The notes: generated by a model not told the origin, from the sequence alone. A DNA stretch of 32,000 nt from Candidatus Electronema aureum (GCA_004284765.1 NQJD01000025.1:1-32000); one strand, 5' to 3'. Counted from the stretch's first letter, positions 6,774 to 16,307 are shown. Numbers and translations are program-made.

Positions 6774-8555
6774 CTATGCAGAAGCACAAAGAATTCTGAT
6801 ATCCTCTGCCTTCTCTCGAATGCCTCGTTTGAGCACTTCTCGGTTGTATAATTCAATTACGTCTCGTCGCTTGAGCATCCCCAGCACCCATTTGTCTTCC
6901 ATGCTCTCTACCACTGGAATTTCCTCAAGGCCTTTGATATCGAAAAGCTGCATCGCATCAAAGAGATTGTGATCAGGGGTCAGCGTGATCAGGTCGCGGC
7001 TGCAAATTGCGCCGACCAGATAACAGCAACGCTGCTCCTCATCGTGAAGAATGGTCTTCACATCCTGCAAAGAAACCACGCCGACCATTCTTCCTGTATA
7101 ATCGACCACTGGGAAATAAAACGATTTGTCGGCAAGAGAAAACAGTTCCAGCAGATGATTAATGTTCGCCATCTCGCTAATGAAATCAACATCTTCAGTG
7201 ATCGCCTTGCCAACTCGGATGGATTTGAGAACCGCCACTTCTCGGCCTTCATGAATATCAATCCCTTCACGGGTGAAATCAACCGTGTCGATAGAGTCCT
7301 TGTAGAATTTACTGGCTGTCACCGTGCTGAGAATAGCGGTGAGCATGATTGGCACAATGATCAGGTAATTGCCAGTCATCTCAAACAGGAGAAAAATAGC
7401 TGTCATCGGCGCATGAGTAGCAGCAGCGAGAAAGGCCCCAATGCCCACAGTAGCATAGGCTCCGGGCGAAGCAGTCTGCTCTGGCAGCAGAGAATGCGCC
7501 ACTGAACCAAAAGCCCCGCCGATTACTGCGCCAATGAACAGCGAGGGCGCGAACACCCCGCCTGCGCCGCCAGAACCAAGGGTAAGAGCTGTGGCAACAG
7601 ATTTCAGAAGAATCAGGGCGGCCATCACCGGCAACACACCCTTGCCCGCCAAAACCTCGGCAATGTATTCGTAGCCATCACCCATGACTTGGGGAAAGAG
7701 AATACCAATGCTGCCCACGAGAAAGGCACCAAAGATCGGCTTGATCTGATTGTGTAGCCGCAGAGCAGCAAAGCGGTCTCTCACAAAGTAAAAGAAACGA
7801 ATATGCAGCACAGCCAGCAGGCCGATCAGCAGGGCCATGACCGTGTAGAGCGGCAGCTCCACAAAGGGGTTGATCAAGTGGTAAGGCGGGATGGGAAAGG
7901 CCGACACCTCACCGTAATAGGCCCGCGAGACCACGGTGGCCATCGCCGAAGCAATCACCAAGGCAGAAAAGGAAGAAATCTCGTAGGTACCGAGCAAGAC
8001 GATCTCTGCGGCAAAGAAAACTCCAGCGATGGGCGCATTAAACATCCCGGCCACGCCAGCAGCACAGCCTGCGGCTACATAAACCTTCATCCGTACCCCA
8101 GAAACCCGCAATCGTTGGCCAAACTGCGAGCCTATCGCACCTCCGATCTGGGCAATTGGCCCTTCCACGCCTGCGGAATTGCCCGTGCCGATAGTGAGAG
8201 CCGTGGCTGCAATTTTGATAAAAATATTTTTTGCCTTGATCACCCCGTTTTCAAGATTCACCTTGCGCAGAAATTTGGTGAAGCCGTAGCCGTTGACCTT
8301 GCCCGGAAAGAGCAGTGAAATCGGAATGAGCAGCACCATGCCGGTCATGGGCAGGAGCGGCAGCAGTAAGGTGCGCCAGCCGCCTTCGCTAATCCGCAGC
8401 AAGGTATAACCTTGCATAAAAATCAGCTCATGCACTGCACTGACTGATTTCCGAAAGATAAGAATGAACACCCCAGTCAGTAGGCCGATCAAGGCGGCAG
8501 TGAGCAGCAGGGCGGTTTTTTCTCCGGGAAGAAAAATTTTTAGTTTGGCAGACAT
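6774..8555 (-). CDS. ClC-family chloride/proton channel-transporter with C-terminal CBS pair
   Basis: ClC selectivity-filter-like motifs are present (GNSAGVEGP, GSGGAGGVFAPSLFIGA) within about 10 hydrophobic segments. A C-terminal CBS region follows (ITEDVDFIS...FPVVDYTGRMVGVVSLQDV...IPVVES...VLGMLKRRDV). I place the start at the ATG at 8555-8553 (MSAKLK), preceded by GGAG. The track uses a TTG five codons upstream. Confidence 0.9.
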   Translation of the reverse strand: MSAKLKIFLPGEKTALLLTAALIGLLTGVFILIFRKSVSAVHELIFMQGYTLLRISEGGWRTLLLPLLPMTGMVLLIPISLLFPGKVNGYGFTKFLRKVNLENGVIKAKNIFIKIAATALTIGTGNSAGVEGPIAQIGGAIGSQFGQRLRVSGVRMKVYVAAGCAAGVAGMFNAPIAGVFFAAEIVLLGTYEISSFSALVIASAMATVVSRAYYGEVSAFPIPPYHLINPFVELPLYTVMALLIGLLAVLHIRFFYFVRDRFAALRLHNQIKPIFGAFLVGSIGILFPQVMGDGYEYIAEVLAGKGVLPVMAALILLKSVATALTLGSGGAGGVFAPSLFIGAVIGGAFGSVAHSLLPEQTASPGAYATVGIGAFLAAATHAPMTAIFLLFEMTGNYLIIVPIMLTAILSTVTASKFYKDSIDTVDFTREGIDIHEGREVAVLKSIRVGKAITEDVDFISEMANINHLLELFSLADKSFYFPVVDYTGRMVGVVSLQDVKTILHDEEQRCCYLVGAICSRDLITLTPDHNLFDAMQLFDIKGLEEIPVVESMEDKWVLGMLKRRDVIELYNREVLKRGIREKAEDIRILCASA

Positions 8556-8701
8556 CGCTTGCTCCAACAAAAGGATAGCAGCAGTTCATAGCTCTTGCTC
8601 CGCCTCACCTTAGCAGAAAACTTGTTTCCTGCAAGCGGCTTTTTTGCTATTATCTTCGCCGGACAGCTCGGTAATTCCTTTTATCGGCAGAGCAGACACG
8701 C

Positions 8702-10072
8702 ATGAAGCTGCACAGAAGACTGAAAAAAATTCTCAATCCGATTTCGTTGCCGGTGCTATTCTTCATGGCGGCGATTTTTATCGGTGCCTTGTTGCTTCAT
8801 GCCCCTTTTAGCGGTGGCAAGGGGCAGGTCTCTTTTCTCGATGCTCTTTTTACCTCCACCTCAGCGGTCTGCGTGACTGGTTTGGCCGTGGTTGACACGG
8901 GTACTGCCTACACGCGCACCGGCCATATCGTGATCATGCTGCTCATTCAGGGCGGCGGTCTTGGCATCATGTCTTTTTCTACCTTAGCCTTGTATTTGTG
9001 GAAAAAAAAGGTTTCCCTGACTGACCGAATTGCGGTCGGCCAGAGTATCCTCAATAACGCCAGCTTTCATCTGGGCAGCTTTTTGGTGCAAGTTATTGCA
9101 GTCACGTTGCTGATTGAGCTGGCTGGTGCGCTGCTCCTGTTCATCAGCGATCCACAGGGTTTTCCGCCCTTTTCTGCCTTGTTTCATGCGGTTTCTGCCT
9201 TTTGCAATGCAGGCTTCTCTCTTAGCCCAGACAATTTGATGCGCTGGAAGGGCAGCTGGCCAATCAACCTGACCATAATGTTTTTGATTGTCCTTGGCGG
9301 GCTGGGTTTTTCAGTAATTATCGAGAGTGCTTCCTTTTTTCCCGACCTTCTGCGCCGGAGAAAAAGACGGCATTTGCACGATGCTTGGCATGTGAATATT
9401 GTTCTTAAAACTTCTCTGTTTCTCATTGCCGCTGGTGCCTTGTATATTTATCTGTCGGAATTTGTTTTCTTTAAGCCGTATCTCCCCGTAAACGAGGCCG
9501 TACTGACCTCACTTTTTCAATCTGTCACCTGTCGTACCGCAGGCTTTAACACCTTGAATATTGCGGCGATGACCGATGCCTCGCTGCTCTTCATGATTTT
9601 GCTGATGTTTATCGGCGGAGCACCAGGCTCTTGTGCAGGCGGCATCAAAGTGACCACTTTCCGGGTTTTGCACGCCTTTATCACCGCCCAGCTCAAAGGC
9701 AGACATCAAATCGTGATCGGTAAATATGCAGTGGATCGAGAGTCGGTCAACAGCTCGCTGACGCTGCTTTTCTTTTCAGTGGCGATAGTCTTTTTCAGCG
9801 TTATTGCTCTTAATTTCACCGACGGTGGTGGTGTCTCGCACGGGCAAACGCAGGGCAGATTTTTAGAAATTCTCTTTGAAGCCGTCTCGGCTTTTGGCAC
9901 AGTCGGCTTGAGCGCGGATTTAACGCCTAAGCTCTCTTCAGGCGGTAAAATTATTATCATTTTTTTGATGTTCATCGGCAGGCTCGGCCCGTTGGTTTTG
10001 CTGAGTTCGGTGCAGTCCTTTGGCACAAAACTGTTGTTTTCTAGACCAGAAGAAAAAATTTCCATTGGCTGA
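8702..10072 (+). CDS. trkH: TrkH/KtrB-family potassium uptake membrane subunit
   Basis: The 456-aa polytopic protein has the repeated pore-loop signatures of the family: SAVCVTGL, FCNAGFSL, CRTAGFNT and SAFGTVGLS. It sits directly upstream of a TrkA/KtrA gene. Confidence 0.9.
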   Translation: MKLHRRLKKILNPISLPVLFFMAAIFIGALLLHAPFSGGKGQVSFLDALFTSTSAVCVTGLAVVDTGTAYTRTGHIVIMLLIQGGGLGIMSFSTLALYLWKKKVSLTDRIAVGQSILNNASFHLGSFLVQVIAVTLLIELAGALLLFISDPQGFPPFSALFHAVSAFCNAGFSLSPDNLMRWKGSWPINLTIMFLIVLGGLGFSVIIESASFFPDLLRRRKRRHLHDAWHVNIVLKTSLFLIAAGALYIYLSEFVFFKPYLPVNEAVLTSLFQSVTCRTAGFNTLNIAAMTDASLLFMILLMFIGGAPGSCAGGIKVTTFRVLHAFITAQLKGRHQIVIGKYAVDRESVNSSLTLLFFSVAIVFFSVIALNFTDGGGVSHGQTQGRFLEILFEAVSAFGTVGLSADLTPKLSSGGKIIIIFLMFIGRLGPLVLLSSVQSFGTKLLFSRPEEKISIG

Positions 10073-10087
10073 GTAGGAAGCGGAGCA

Positions 10088-10738
10088 ATGAAACTACAAA
10101 TCGGCATCGTTGGCTTAGGCAAATTTGGATTGAAATTCGGCCAAACTTTGGTTGCATTGGGACATGAGGTTCTTGGTGTGGAGAGTGATCCAGAAAAGGT
10201 GAAAAATGCCCAGCACATTCTCACCCAAGTCTTCCAAACTGATGCGATGAGCCGCGAGGCATTAGAGCAGATCAGAATTCAGGACTTGGAACATGTCTTA
10301 GTCAGCGTGGGCGATTCCATCGCGGCCAGCATCATGATCTCGATGTACCTAAAAGAGTTGGGTGTGGCTAAAGTCTGGGCCAAGGCAATCAACAAAGATC
10401 ACGAGAAGCTGCTCTACAAGATCGGCGTGGATGAGGTGGTGATTCCTGAATTTATGGCGGCCAAGCAGATTGCCAGCCGGATTGCCATGCCTGGCTTTAT
10501 CGAGTATCTCCCCTTTGATCGCTCAATGGCAGTGAAAGAGTTCACCATTAAACGCTGGGCTGGGAAAAATCTCAAGGAGCTAAACCTGACCAATATTTTT
10601 GGTATTCAGGTCATCGCTGCCCGTCGGAGTGGCGAGAAAAAATATCAGTACATCCCCAAGGCCGATGAGCTGTTTCAGGAAGGTGATAATTTTGTCGCTA
10701 TTGGTAAAATCTCGCAGTTAAGCAAAATCTTACCCTGA
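10088..10738 (+). CDS. trkA: TrkA/KtrA RCK-domain potassium transporter regulatory subunit
   Basis: The 216-aa product has an N-terminal Rossmann GxGxxG (IGIVGLGKFGLKFG) and a C-terminal TrkA_C-like segment (VKEFTIKRWAGKNLKELNL...IQVIAARRSGE...GDNFVAIG). An SD ggaagcggag lies upstream. Confidence 0.9.
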   Translation: MKLQIGIVGLGKFGLKFGQTLVALGHEVLGVESDPEKVKNAQHILTQVFQTDAMSREALEQIRIQDLEHVLVSVGDSIAASIMISMYLKELGVAKVWAKAINKDHEKLLYKIGVDEVVIPEFMAAKQIASRIAMPGFIEYLPFDRSMAVKEFTIKRWAGKNLKELNLTNIFGIQVIAARRSGEKKYQYIPKADELFQEGDNFVAIGKISQLSKILP

Positions 10739-10777
10739 TCGATAGGGCTGATTCTCATCGCCGCGCTGCATTGCTCA

Positions 10778-10786
10778 TGCTATAAT
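10778..10786 (+). promoter_or_regulatory. Candidate extended -10 promoter element (TGcTATAAT) for corC-lnt
   Basis: tgctataat at 10778-10786 lies about 55 nt upstream of the corC start. No convincing -35 is present, which is tolerated by extended -10 promoters. Confidence 0.3.
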
Positions 10787-10839
10787 GCTCGGGGCGATAG
10801 GATGACATAATCTTTTTGGAGACATGCAGCACTGAAGAT

Positions 10840-11688
10840 ATGAGCGAAAAAGAGGGGGAAGGGCGAGAAAAATCATTTTGGCAGCGGCTCCAGCGGCATC
10901 TGTTTCGATCTTCACCAGATACTGCCCAAGAGCTTGAGCATGAAATACAGGAGTTGCTGGAAGACGGCGAAGAGCATGGTCTGATCAGCAGACATGAGGA
11001 GCAGCTGATCAACTCCATCTTTAATTTTCGTGCTACAGTAGCTTCGGAAATCATGACTCCGGCTTCGGAAATCATCTCCGCTGACCTTAACAGCTCGGTG
11101 GAGGAAATCATCCAGCTGATCTGCGAGGAAGGTTACACTCGTATTCCGGTTTTCAGCGGTGGCCACGACAACATCGTTGGTACGCTTCACGCGAAAGACC
11201 TGCTGAGAATTGCCAGTCAGCAAACGGATAAACCGATACAGATAGAAGATTGCCTTAACCCGCCGGTTTTAGTTGCTGAATCCAAGCCAATCACTGAGTT
11301 GCTGCGAGATTTTCAGTCTGGCAAAAACCACATGGCTATTGTCACGGATGAATTCGGCAGCGTGCGCGGCTTGATCACCTTAGAAGACGTACTGGAAGAA
11401 ATTGTCGGTGAAATTGACGACGAGCATGATCAGCACGAACGGGAGCTGATGCTTGAGGTTGATCTCCAGACCGTGGTTGCTGATGCCCGGATCGACGTTG
11501 AAGCGGTAGAAAAACATTTTGACTGTCTCCTGCCGGACGGTCCTTACGAATCCTTGGGCGGACTGTTGATTCATCTGTTGGGGCGAATGCCGGGCAACGG
11601 TGAAACCGTGACCACGCCACCGCTGACCTTCAAAGTACTGACCTCAACCCCGCGCCGAGTCCGCACCGTGCGCATCCGCAAGCTATGA
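10840..11688 (+). CDS. corC: CorC/HlyC-family CBS-domain Mg/Co efflux-associated protein (YbeX-like)
   Basis: A CBS pair (IMTPASEIISADLNSS...YTRIPVFSGGHDNIVGTLHAKDLL; HMAIVTDEFGSVRGLITLEDVLEEIVGEIDDE) is followed by a CorC_HlyC C-terminal domain. It has the classical position upstream of lnt. I place the start at the ATG at 10840 (MSEKEGEG...). The track's TTG at 10816 is an alternative. Confidence 0.85.
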   Translation: MSEKEGEGREKSFWQRLQRHLFRSSPDTAQELEHEIQELLEDGEEHGLISRHEEQLINSIFNFRATVASEIMTPASEIISADLNSSVEEIIQLICEEGYTRIPVFSGGHDNIVGTLHAKDLLRIASQQTDKPIQIEDCLNPPVLVAESKPITELLRDFQSGKNHMAIVTDEFGSVRGLITLEDVLEEIVGEIDDEHDQHERELMLEVDLQTVVADARIDVEAVEKHFDCLLPDGPYESLGGLLIHLLGRMPGNGETVTTPPLTFKVLTSTPRRVRTVRIRKL

Positions 11689-13355
11689 CCTCCTCTAAAA
11701 GTACTTCGTTTTTTGCTCCTGCTGCTTCGGCTTTGTTGCTGGCCTTGGCTATGCCCGGTTTAGTCGGTTGCTGGCCCCTGCTTTTCATTGCCTTGGTACC
11801 GTTGCTCTGGGCAGCGCGGACGTTGCCGAGTACGGTGCAAAGCGGCTGCATGGGTATGTCTTCCGGCTTGCTTTATCATCTCAGCCTGCTCTACTGGATC
11901 GTTATTGTTTTAGAACACTACGGTGGTCTGCACGCCTCAGTGGCAATAATTGTCCTCGTTCTGCTGGCCGTGTATATGTCAGCCTACACTGCCTTTTTCT
12001 GCATGATTCTCAATCGACTGACCACGAGGCCAGAAAGCGGCAAAGGCTTATCTGTCTCTGTACTCCTGATCGCGCCAGTAGTTTGGGTAGGGCTTGACGT
12101 AGCACGGGGCTGGCTTTTCTCCGGTATTCCGTGGATGGACCTCGGCTATGGCCTGCACCGTGAGCCGCTGTTGATCCAAACTGCGGATTTGGGCGGACAT
12201 CACCTGATTACGTTCTTTATTGTCCAGATCAACACCCTAATTTATTGGTTTATAGATAGAATTTTCAGCGCAGCGAAAGCACCAAAACGTCAGTATCTGC
12301 TCGCAGTTATGGTCTGTCTCAGTCTTTACTGCGCGGGTGGCTACTCAATGGTGCGCTATCGACAGGTGGTTTCCGAAGCCGCCGCAGCCGAACAGATTAC
12401 GGCTCTTGCTGTGCAAGGCAATGTTGACCAGAGCGAAAAATGGTCGCCAGCACTCAAGGTGGAGACTATTGACCGCTACCTTTCTTTGTCAGCAAAAGCC
12501 TTTCAAAGTGAGAACAAGATTAGCTTGGTCGTCTGGCCGGAAACCGCTCTGCCTTTTTATCCGCATCGGGAGCCGCTGATAAGCCGGGTGAAGGCGTTCG
12601 CCAAAGAAAAGCAAACGTATCTGCTTACCGGAGCACCGTATTTTACTATCACCCTCCAAGAGCAAAAAGCAGCGGCAGAACAGTTCAACGACACGCTCAG
12701 ACCGGTGGAATATTTTAATAGTGCCCTGATGTACGACCGAACAGGCCAACTGAATGGCAGGTACAACAAGCAACATTTGGTGCCATTCGGCGAGTATGTT
12801 CCTTTGAGTGACTACCTTTGGTTCATCAGGCCATTAGTAGAGCTGGTGGGCGATTTTTCTCCTGGCAATTCTTTTGAACCACTCAATGCGGATACTATCA
12901 AAGCGGGCGTTTTGATTTGCTTTGAATCGATCTTTCCGAACATTGCTCGGCGCGAGACTGCCGCAGGAGCAAATCTCTTGGTCAGCATGACAAACGATGC
13001 GTGGTACGGCAAATCCAGCGCACCGCATCATTCTTGGGCCATGACCATAATGCGCGCGGTGGAAAATCGGCGCAGCATCGTTCGAGCCGCGAATACTGGT
13101 ATCAGCGGCTTTATCGCACCAACCGGAGCGATAAGCAGCGAATCCGGCCTGTTCACTGCCGAGGCTCTGACCGATACGGTGGCCTTGATGACGGAAAAAA
13201 CCGTGTTTGTCCAAGGTGGTTACTGGTTTGGCACCTTCTGTTTAACTCTGACCGGCCTCTTCCTGTGGAGTCATGCTTGGATGGAAAGAAGAAGACGGCG
13301 GGAACTCAAGCGAAAGCAGGAAGTTCTCCGCCAGCAGAGAGCTGCGGAGGCTTAG
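11685..13355 (+). CDS. lnt: Apolipoprotein N-acyltransferase
   Basis: An N-terminal polytopic region is followed by a nitrilase-like domain with the catalytic E/K/C contexts VVWPETALPF, YNKQHLVPFGEYVP and VLICFESIFP, plus NDAWYG. There is an ATGA overlap with the corC stop. The basic C-terminal tail (RRRRRELKRKQEVLRQQRAAEA) is unusual. Confidence 0.9.
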   Translation: MTSSKSTSFFAPAASALLLALAMPGLVGCWPLLFIALVPLLWAARTLPSTVQSGCMGMSSGLLYHLSLLYWIVIVLEHYGGLHASVAIIVLVLLAVYMSAYTAFFCMILNRLTTRPESGKGLSVSVLLIAPVVWVGLDVARGWLFSGIPWMDLGYGLHREPLLIQTADLGGHHLITFFIVQINTLIYWFIDRIFSAAKAPKRQYLLAVMVCLSLYCAGGYSMVRYRQVVSEAAAAEQITALAVQGNVDQSEKWSPALKVETIDRYLSLSAKAFQSENKISLVVWPETALPFYPHREPLISRVKAFAKEKQTYLLTGAPYFTITLQEQKAAAEQFNDTLRPVEYFNSALMYDRTGQLNGRYNKQHLVPFGEYVPLSDYLWFIRPLVELVGDFSPGNSFEPLNADTIKAGVLICFESIFPNIARRETAAGANLLVSMTNDAWYGKSSAPHHSWAMTIMRAVENRRSIVRAANTGISGFIAPTGAISSESGLFTAEALTDTVALMTEKTVFVQGGYWFGTFCLTLTGLFLWSHAWMERRRRRELKRKQEVLRQQRAAEA

Positions 13356-13363
13356 AGGCAACA

Positions 13364-13609
13364 GTGACCAAGCAAAAAAATTATATCGGAGTCAGCAAAA
13401 CTGAGGACGACACGTGGCAGTTTGCCGTGCAAAGGGCTAACGGCAAAGTAAAAACTGTCACCGGCTTCAGCACGGCCAAGGTGGCAGCCCTGCTCCGAGA
13501 TGAGTATATCCTCCAACATCGGCTCGACGAGGCACGCAACTTTACTGTTAAACGAATAGCAAAGGTGCGAAATGAAGCCTATGAGCAGATGTTCGGCAGG
13601 CAGGACTGA
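13364..13609 (+). CDS. Small AP2-like DNA-binding domain protein (81 aa, GTG start)
   Basis: This is the 3' third of track ORF 13001..13609, and it lies outside lnt. The sequence NYIGVSKTEDDTWQFAVQRANGKVKTVTGFSTAKVAALLRDEYILQHRLDEARNF follows the AP2 pattern Y-x-GV...W-x-a-x-i...gk...-G-F-x-T-x-x-x-AA-x-x-y/r-D...-A-x-x-NF. GTG at 13364 is preceded by agagg with a 5-nt spacer. There is no in-frame ATG until the last 6 codons. Confidence 0.5.
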   Translation: MTKQKNYIGVSKTEDDTWQFAVQRANGKVKTVTGFSTAKVAALLRDEYILQHRLDEARNFTVKRIAKVRNEAYEQMFGRQD

Positions 13610-13636
13610 TTTTTATTTCATTGGAGGGAGAGAACA

Positions 13637-14750
13637 ATGGCAGATTTGACTGAAACTGCGGAACTGCGGCAGAAGATTCAGGCACTGAAAGGGAAAGTGC
13701 TGGCTCTGAAGGAGCATCTTTGACTTAGACAGCAAGAAGTTAGACATTGAGCGGTTAGAGTCTGAGTCGCTGGAGCCAAATTTCTGGAACGATCAGCATA
13801 AGGCCAAGAAAGTGCAACGGCAGCTCGGTCAGCTCCAAGATGTGGTTAAGGGCTGGGAGCTGCATTTTCAGCATATCGAAGAGGCGGAAATGCTCTTGGA
13901 TATGGCTTTAGAGGAAAGTGACGTAGAGGCTCTGAGTGAGGTCGAAACCTCGCTTGATCGCCTTGCTCAGGAGGTGGAGCTGACCGAATTAGAATGCATG
14001 TTCGATGGCGAGCATGACAGCTGCAATGCCCTGCTCACTGTTCATGCGGGCGCGGGCGGAACTGAGGCTCAAGACTGGGTGAGTATGCTGCTGCGCATGT
14101 ATCTACGTTGGGCCGAACTGCACAGTTTTCCTGCCGATATTCTTGATTATCTGCCCGGCGACGAGGCCGGAGTCAAATCCGTAACCATTCTGATCAAGGG
14201 CAAGAATGCCTACGGCTATACTCGCTCTGAGGTTGGCATTCACCGTTTGGTGCGAATTTCGCCTTTTGACGCTTCGGGTCGGCGACACACATCTTTTGCC
14301 TCAGTGATGGTGCTGCCGGAATTGGACGACACCATTGAGATTGACATCAACGAAAAAGAACTGCGCATCGACACCTACCGCTCCAGCGGCGCAGGAGGCC
14401 AGCACGTCAACAAGACCGACTCGGCCATTCGCATCACCCATCTGCCAACGAATATCGTGGTGCAATGCCAGAACGAGCGTTCTCAGCTTCGTAACAAGGA
14501 AATGGCGATGAAAATGCTGATGTCCAAGCTCTACGACAAGCAGCAGAAGGAAAACTTGCAGGCGCAGGAAAATCTGCACGGTGAGAAAAAGGAAATCGCT
14601 TGGGGCAGCCAGATTCGCTCTTATGTACTCCAACCCTACCGGCTGATTAAGGACCACCGCACCAACGTCGAGGTTGGCAACGTTGATGCGGTGTTAGACG
14701 GCAATCTGGATCAGTTCATCAAGGCTTTTCTCCTCTGGCAGCCGCGTTAG
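13637..14750 (+). CDS. prfB: Peptide chain release factor 2, expressed via programmed +1 frameshift: join(13637..13720,13722..14750)
   Basis: ORF0, MADLTETAELRQKIQALKGKVLALKEHL, ends at the in-frame TGA at 13721-13723. The +1 frame continues DLDSKKLDIERLESESLEPNFWNDQHKAKK... and carries the RF2 motifs SPF (RISPFDASGRRHTSF) and GGQ (SGAGGQHVNKTDSAIRITH). Confidence 0.95.
13709..13724 (+). promoter_or_regulatory. prfB autoregulatory +1 frameshift site (internal SD + CTT TGA C)
   Basis: In aaggagcat-ctt-tga-c, the SD-like AGGAG (13710-13714) lies 3 nt before the slippery CTT (13718-13720). It is followed by the TGA and then C, which is the same layout as the E. coli prfB site. Confidence 0.9.
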
Positions 14751-14753
14751 CCA

Positions 14754-15944
14754 ATGCCTCTGCTCACCAGCCTGCTGATCCTAATCGTTGTCGCCCGGCT
14801 GCTGGGGCAAATCTTTCAGCGTTTCGGCCAGCCCTCCATTGTTGGAGAAATGCTGGCCGGAGTGCTGCTCGGCCCCAGCTTTCTTAACCTGATTCATCCC
14901 AACACCGCTCTTTCCAGCATCTCGGAATTTGCTGTCTTTCTGGTGGTGTTATCCGCTGGACTGGAGATGAATTTCAAAGACATCCTCAACGCCTTGCTGG
15001 GCCGGGGCATTGTCATCGCCGTACTCGGCTTTATTCTACCTCTGACTGCGGGCATTGCAGTGGGCGCGGTCTTTCAGCTCGACCTGATGCGCACGGTCTT
15101 CCTTGGCCTTTGCGTGTCAATCACTGCTCTGCCGGTCACGGTGCGCATTCTCCAAAGTTTCAATCTGCTTGATTCCGATATTGCCCGTTATTCGGTGGCC
15201 ACGGCCATTTTCAACGACGTGGTGGCTCTGTTAGTGCTGGGAGTGATTCTCAATTTACCTGCCCAGCTTTCCCTGTCAGCGGTGATTTTGTCGATTGTCA
15301 GCACCAGCTGGAAGCTCATCGCTCTCGGCGCATTCATCCTCGGCTTCAACTGGCAGTTAGAGCGGATGATCAAGCGGGGAATTCATATCGAAAAAATATC
15401 GGAGAAGTTAGTTGATGCCGTTGGTAATGAGGCTCTTTTCGGTATCTTAGTGCTGTTTGTGCTGGTCTTCGGCTCGGTCAGCGAAGCCTTGGGCTTTCAC
15501 TTTGTCATCGGTGCATTTTTCGGCGCACTGTTGATTGACCGCAAATTCTTTCTTGCCTCGCGCTATCACGAATTAGACCTCACCCTGCGCTCAATCACCG
15601 AAGGCTTTCTGGGGCCAGTCTTTTTTGCCTACCTGGGGTTAGAATTCAACATTGATGCCTTGAAGCCACTGGGGTTTGTCTTGGTCGTGCTGGTCGTATC
15701 AATCAGCTCAAAAGTGCTGGCGGGTTGGCTCGGTGGCTTGGTTATTCAGCTCCCGCCTGCCCGTGCCTTGGGTATCGGTATTATTCTCAATGGCCGTGGA
15801 GTGATGGAATTAGTCATCGCCAGCATCGCTTACGAGCGCGGCTTTATCAATCAGGGCATGTTCTCCACATTAGTGCTGATGGGCGTAGTGACAACCATGA
15901 TGACCCCGCTGATGTTCCGACGCTGGATACTGCCCCGACTATAA
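14754..15944 (+). CDS. Cation:proton antiporter (CPA2/Kef-NapA-like Na+/H+ exchanger family)
   Basis: The 396-aa product has about 11-12 TM segments. Its family-typical N-terminus is LLILIVVARLLGQIFQRFGQPSIVGEMLAGVLLGPSFLNLI, and it has the internal motif LFVLVFGSVSEALGFHFVIGAFFGALL. The start is 3 nt after the prfB stop. Confidence 0.85.
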   Translation: MPLLTSLLILIVVARLLGQIFQRFGQPSIVGEMLAGVLLGPSFLNLIHPNTALSSISEFAVFLVVLSAGLEMNFKDILNALLGRGIVIAVLGFILPLTAGIAVGAVFQLDLMRTVFLGLCVSITALPVTVRILQSFNLLDSDIARYSVATAIFNDVVALLVLGVILNLPAQLSLSAVILSIVSTSWKLIALGAFILGFNWQLERMIKRGIHIEKISEKLVDAVGNEALFGILVLFVLVFGSVSEALGFHFVIGAFFGALLIDRKFFLASRYHELDLTLRSITEGFLGPVFFAYLGLEFNIDALKPLGFVLVVLVVSISSKVLAGWLGGLVIQLPPARALGIGIILNGRGVMELVIASIAYERGFINQGMFSTLVLMGVVTTMMTPLMFRRWILPRL

Positions 15945-15956
15945 CCTGCTGAAACA

Positions 15957-16307
15957 ATGCACCCTGTCCTTACTTCTATCCTCATGCTGACGTGCAGCAA
16001 CGTCTTCATGACCTTTGCTTGGTACGCCCATCTCAAGGAATTGAGCAGCAAACCGTGGATAATCGCTGCGTTGGCGAGCTGGGGCATTGCCTTATTTGAA
16101 TATCTGCTTCAGGTTCCAGCCAACCGGATTGGCTTTACGGTTTTGAGCGTGGGTCAGCTCAAGATCATTCAAGAAGTAATCACCTTGACGGTATTCCTCC
16201 CTTTTTCCGTGATGTATCTGAAAGAACCTCTGAAGCTCGATTATCTTTGGGCAGGCTTATGTTTGGTGGGCGCGGTCTATTTTATGTTCAGAAGCAAGAT
16301 AGGGTAA
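15957..16307 (+). CDS. Small DMT-superfamily membrane protein (DUF486-like)
   Basis: The 116-aa product has four hydrophobic segments. FMTFAWYAHLK...PANRIGF...QLKIIQEVITL is typical of the DUF486/DMT half-size transporters. Its first 24 nt and last 21 nt recur at 20632-20685. Confidence 0.7.
   Translation: MHPVLTSILMLTCSNVFMTFAWYAHLKELSSKPWIIAALASWGIALFEYLLQVPANRIGFTVLSVGQLKIIQEVITLTVFLPFSVMYLKEPLKLDYLWAGLCLVGAVYFMFRSKIG

Noticed and set aside
6969-8318. Plus-strand ORFs 6969..7505 (178 aa) and 7803..8318 (171 aa)
   Set aside because: They are antisense to the ClC channel gene, which has clear family motifs. Their translations are H/R/Q-rich with no recognisable domain.
8571-8701. A c-di-AMP (ydaO/kimA-type) or other riboswitch upstream of trkH
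   Set aside because: I could not find the conserved pseudo-symmetric ACGGGGA/CCCA-type cores or an extended structure. Only a weak short hairpin is present (gcaagcggcttttttgc).
9706-10224. A minus-strand 172-aa ORF spanning the trkH-trkA junction
   Set aside because: It is antisense to two well-supported genes and crosses their intergenic SD region. No motifs are present.
13001-13363. The 5' two-thirds of the 202-aa track ORF 13001..13609
   Set aside because: This part overlaps the well-supported lnt frame (NDAWYG and the C-terminal TM region) and reads as R/G/S-rich filler. Only the part downstream of the lnt stop (13364-13609) is retained as the AP2-like ORF.
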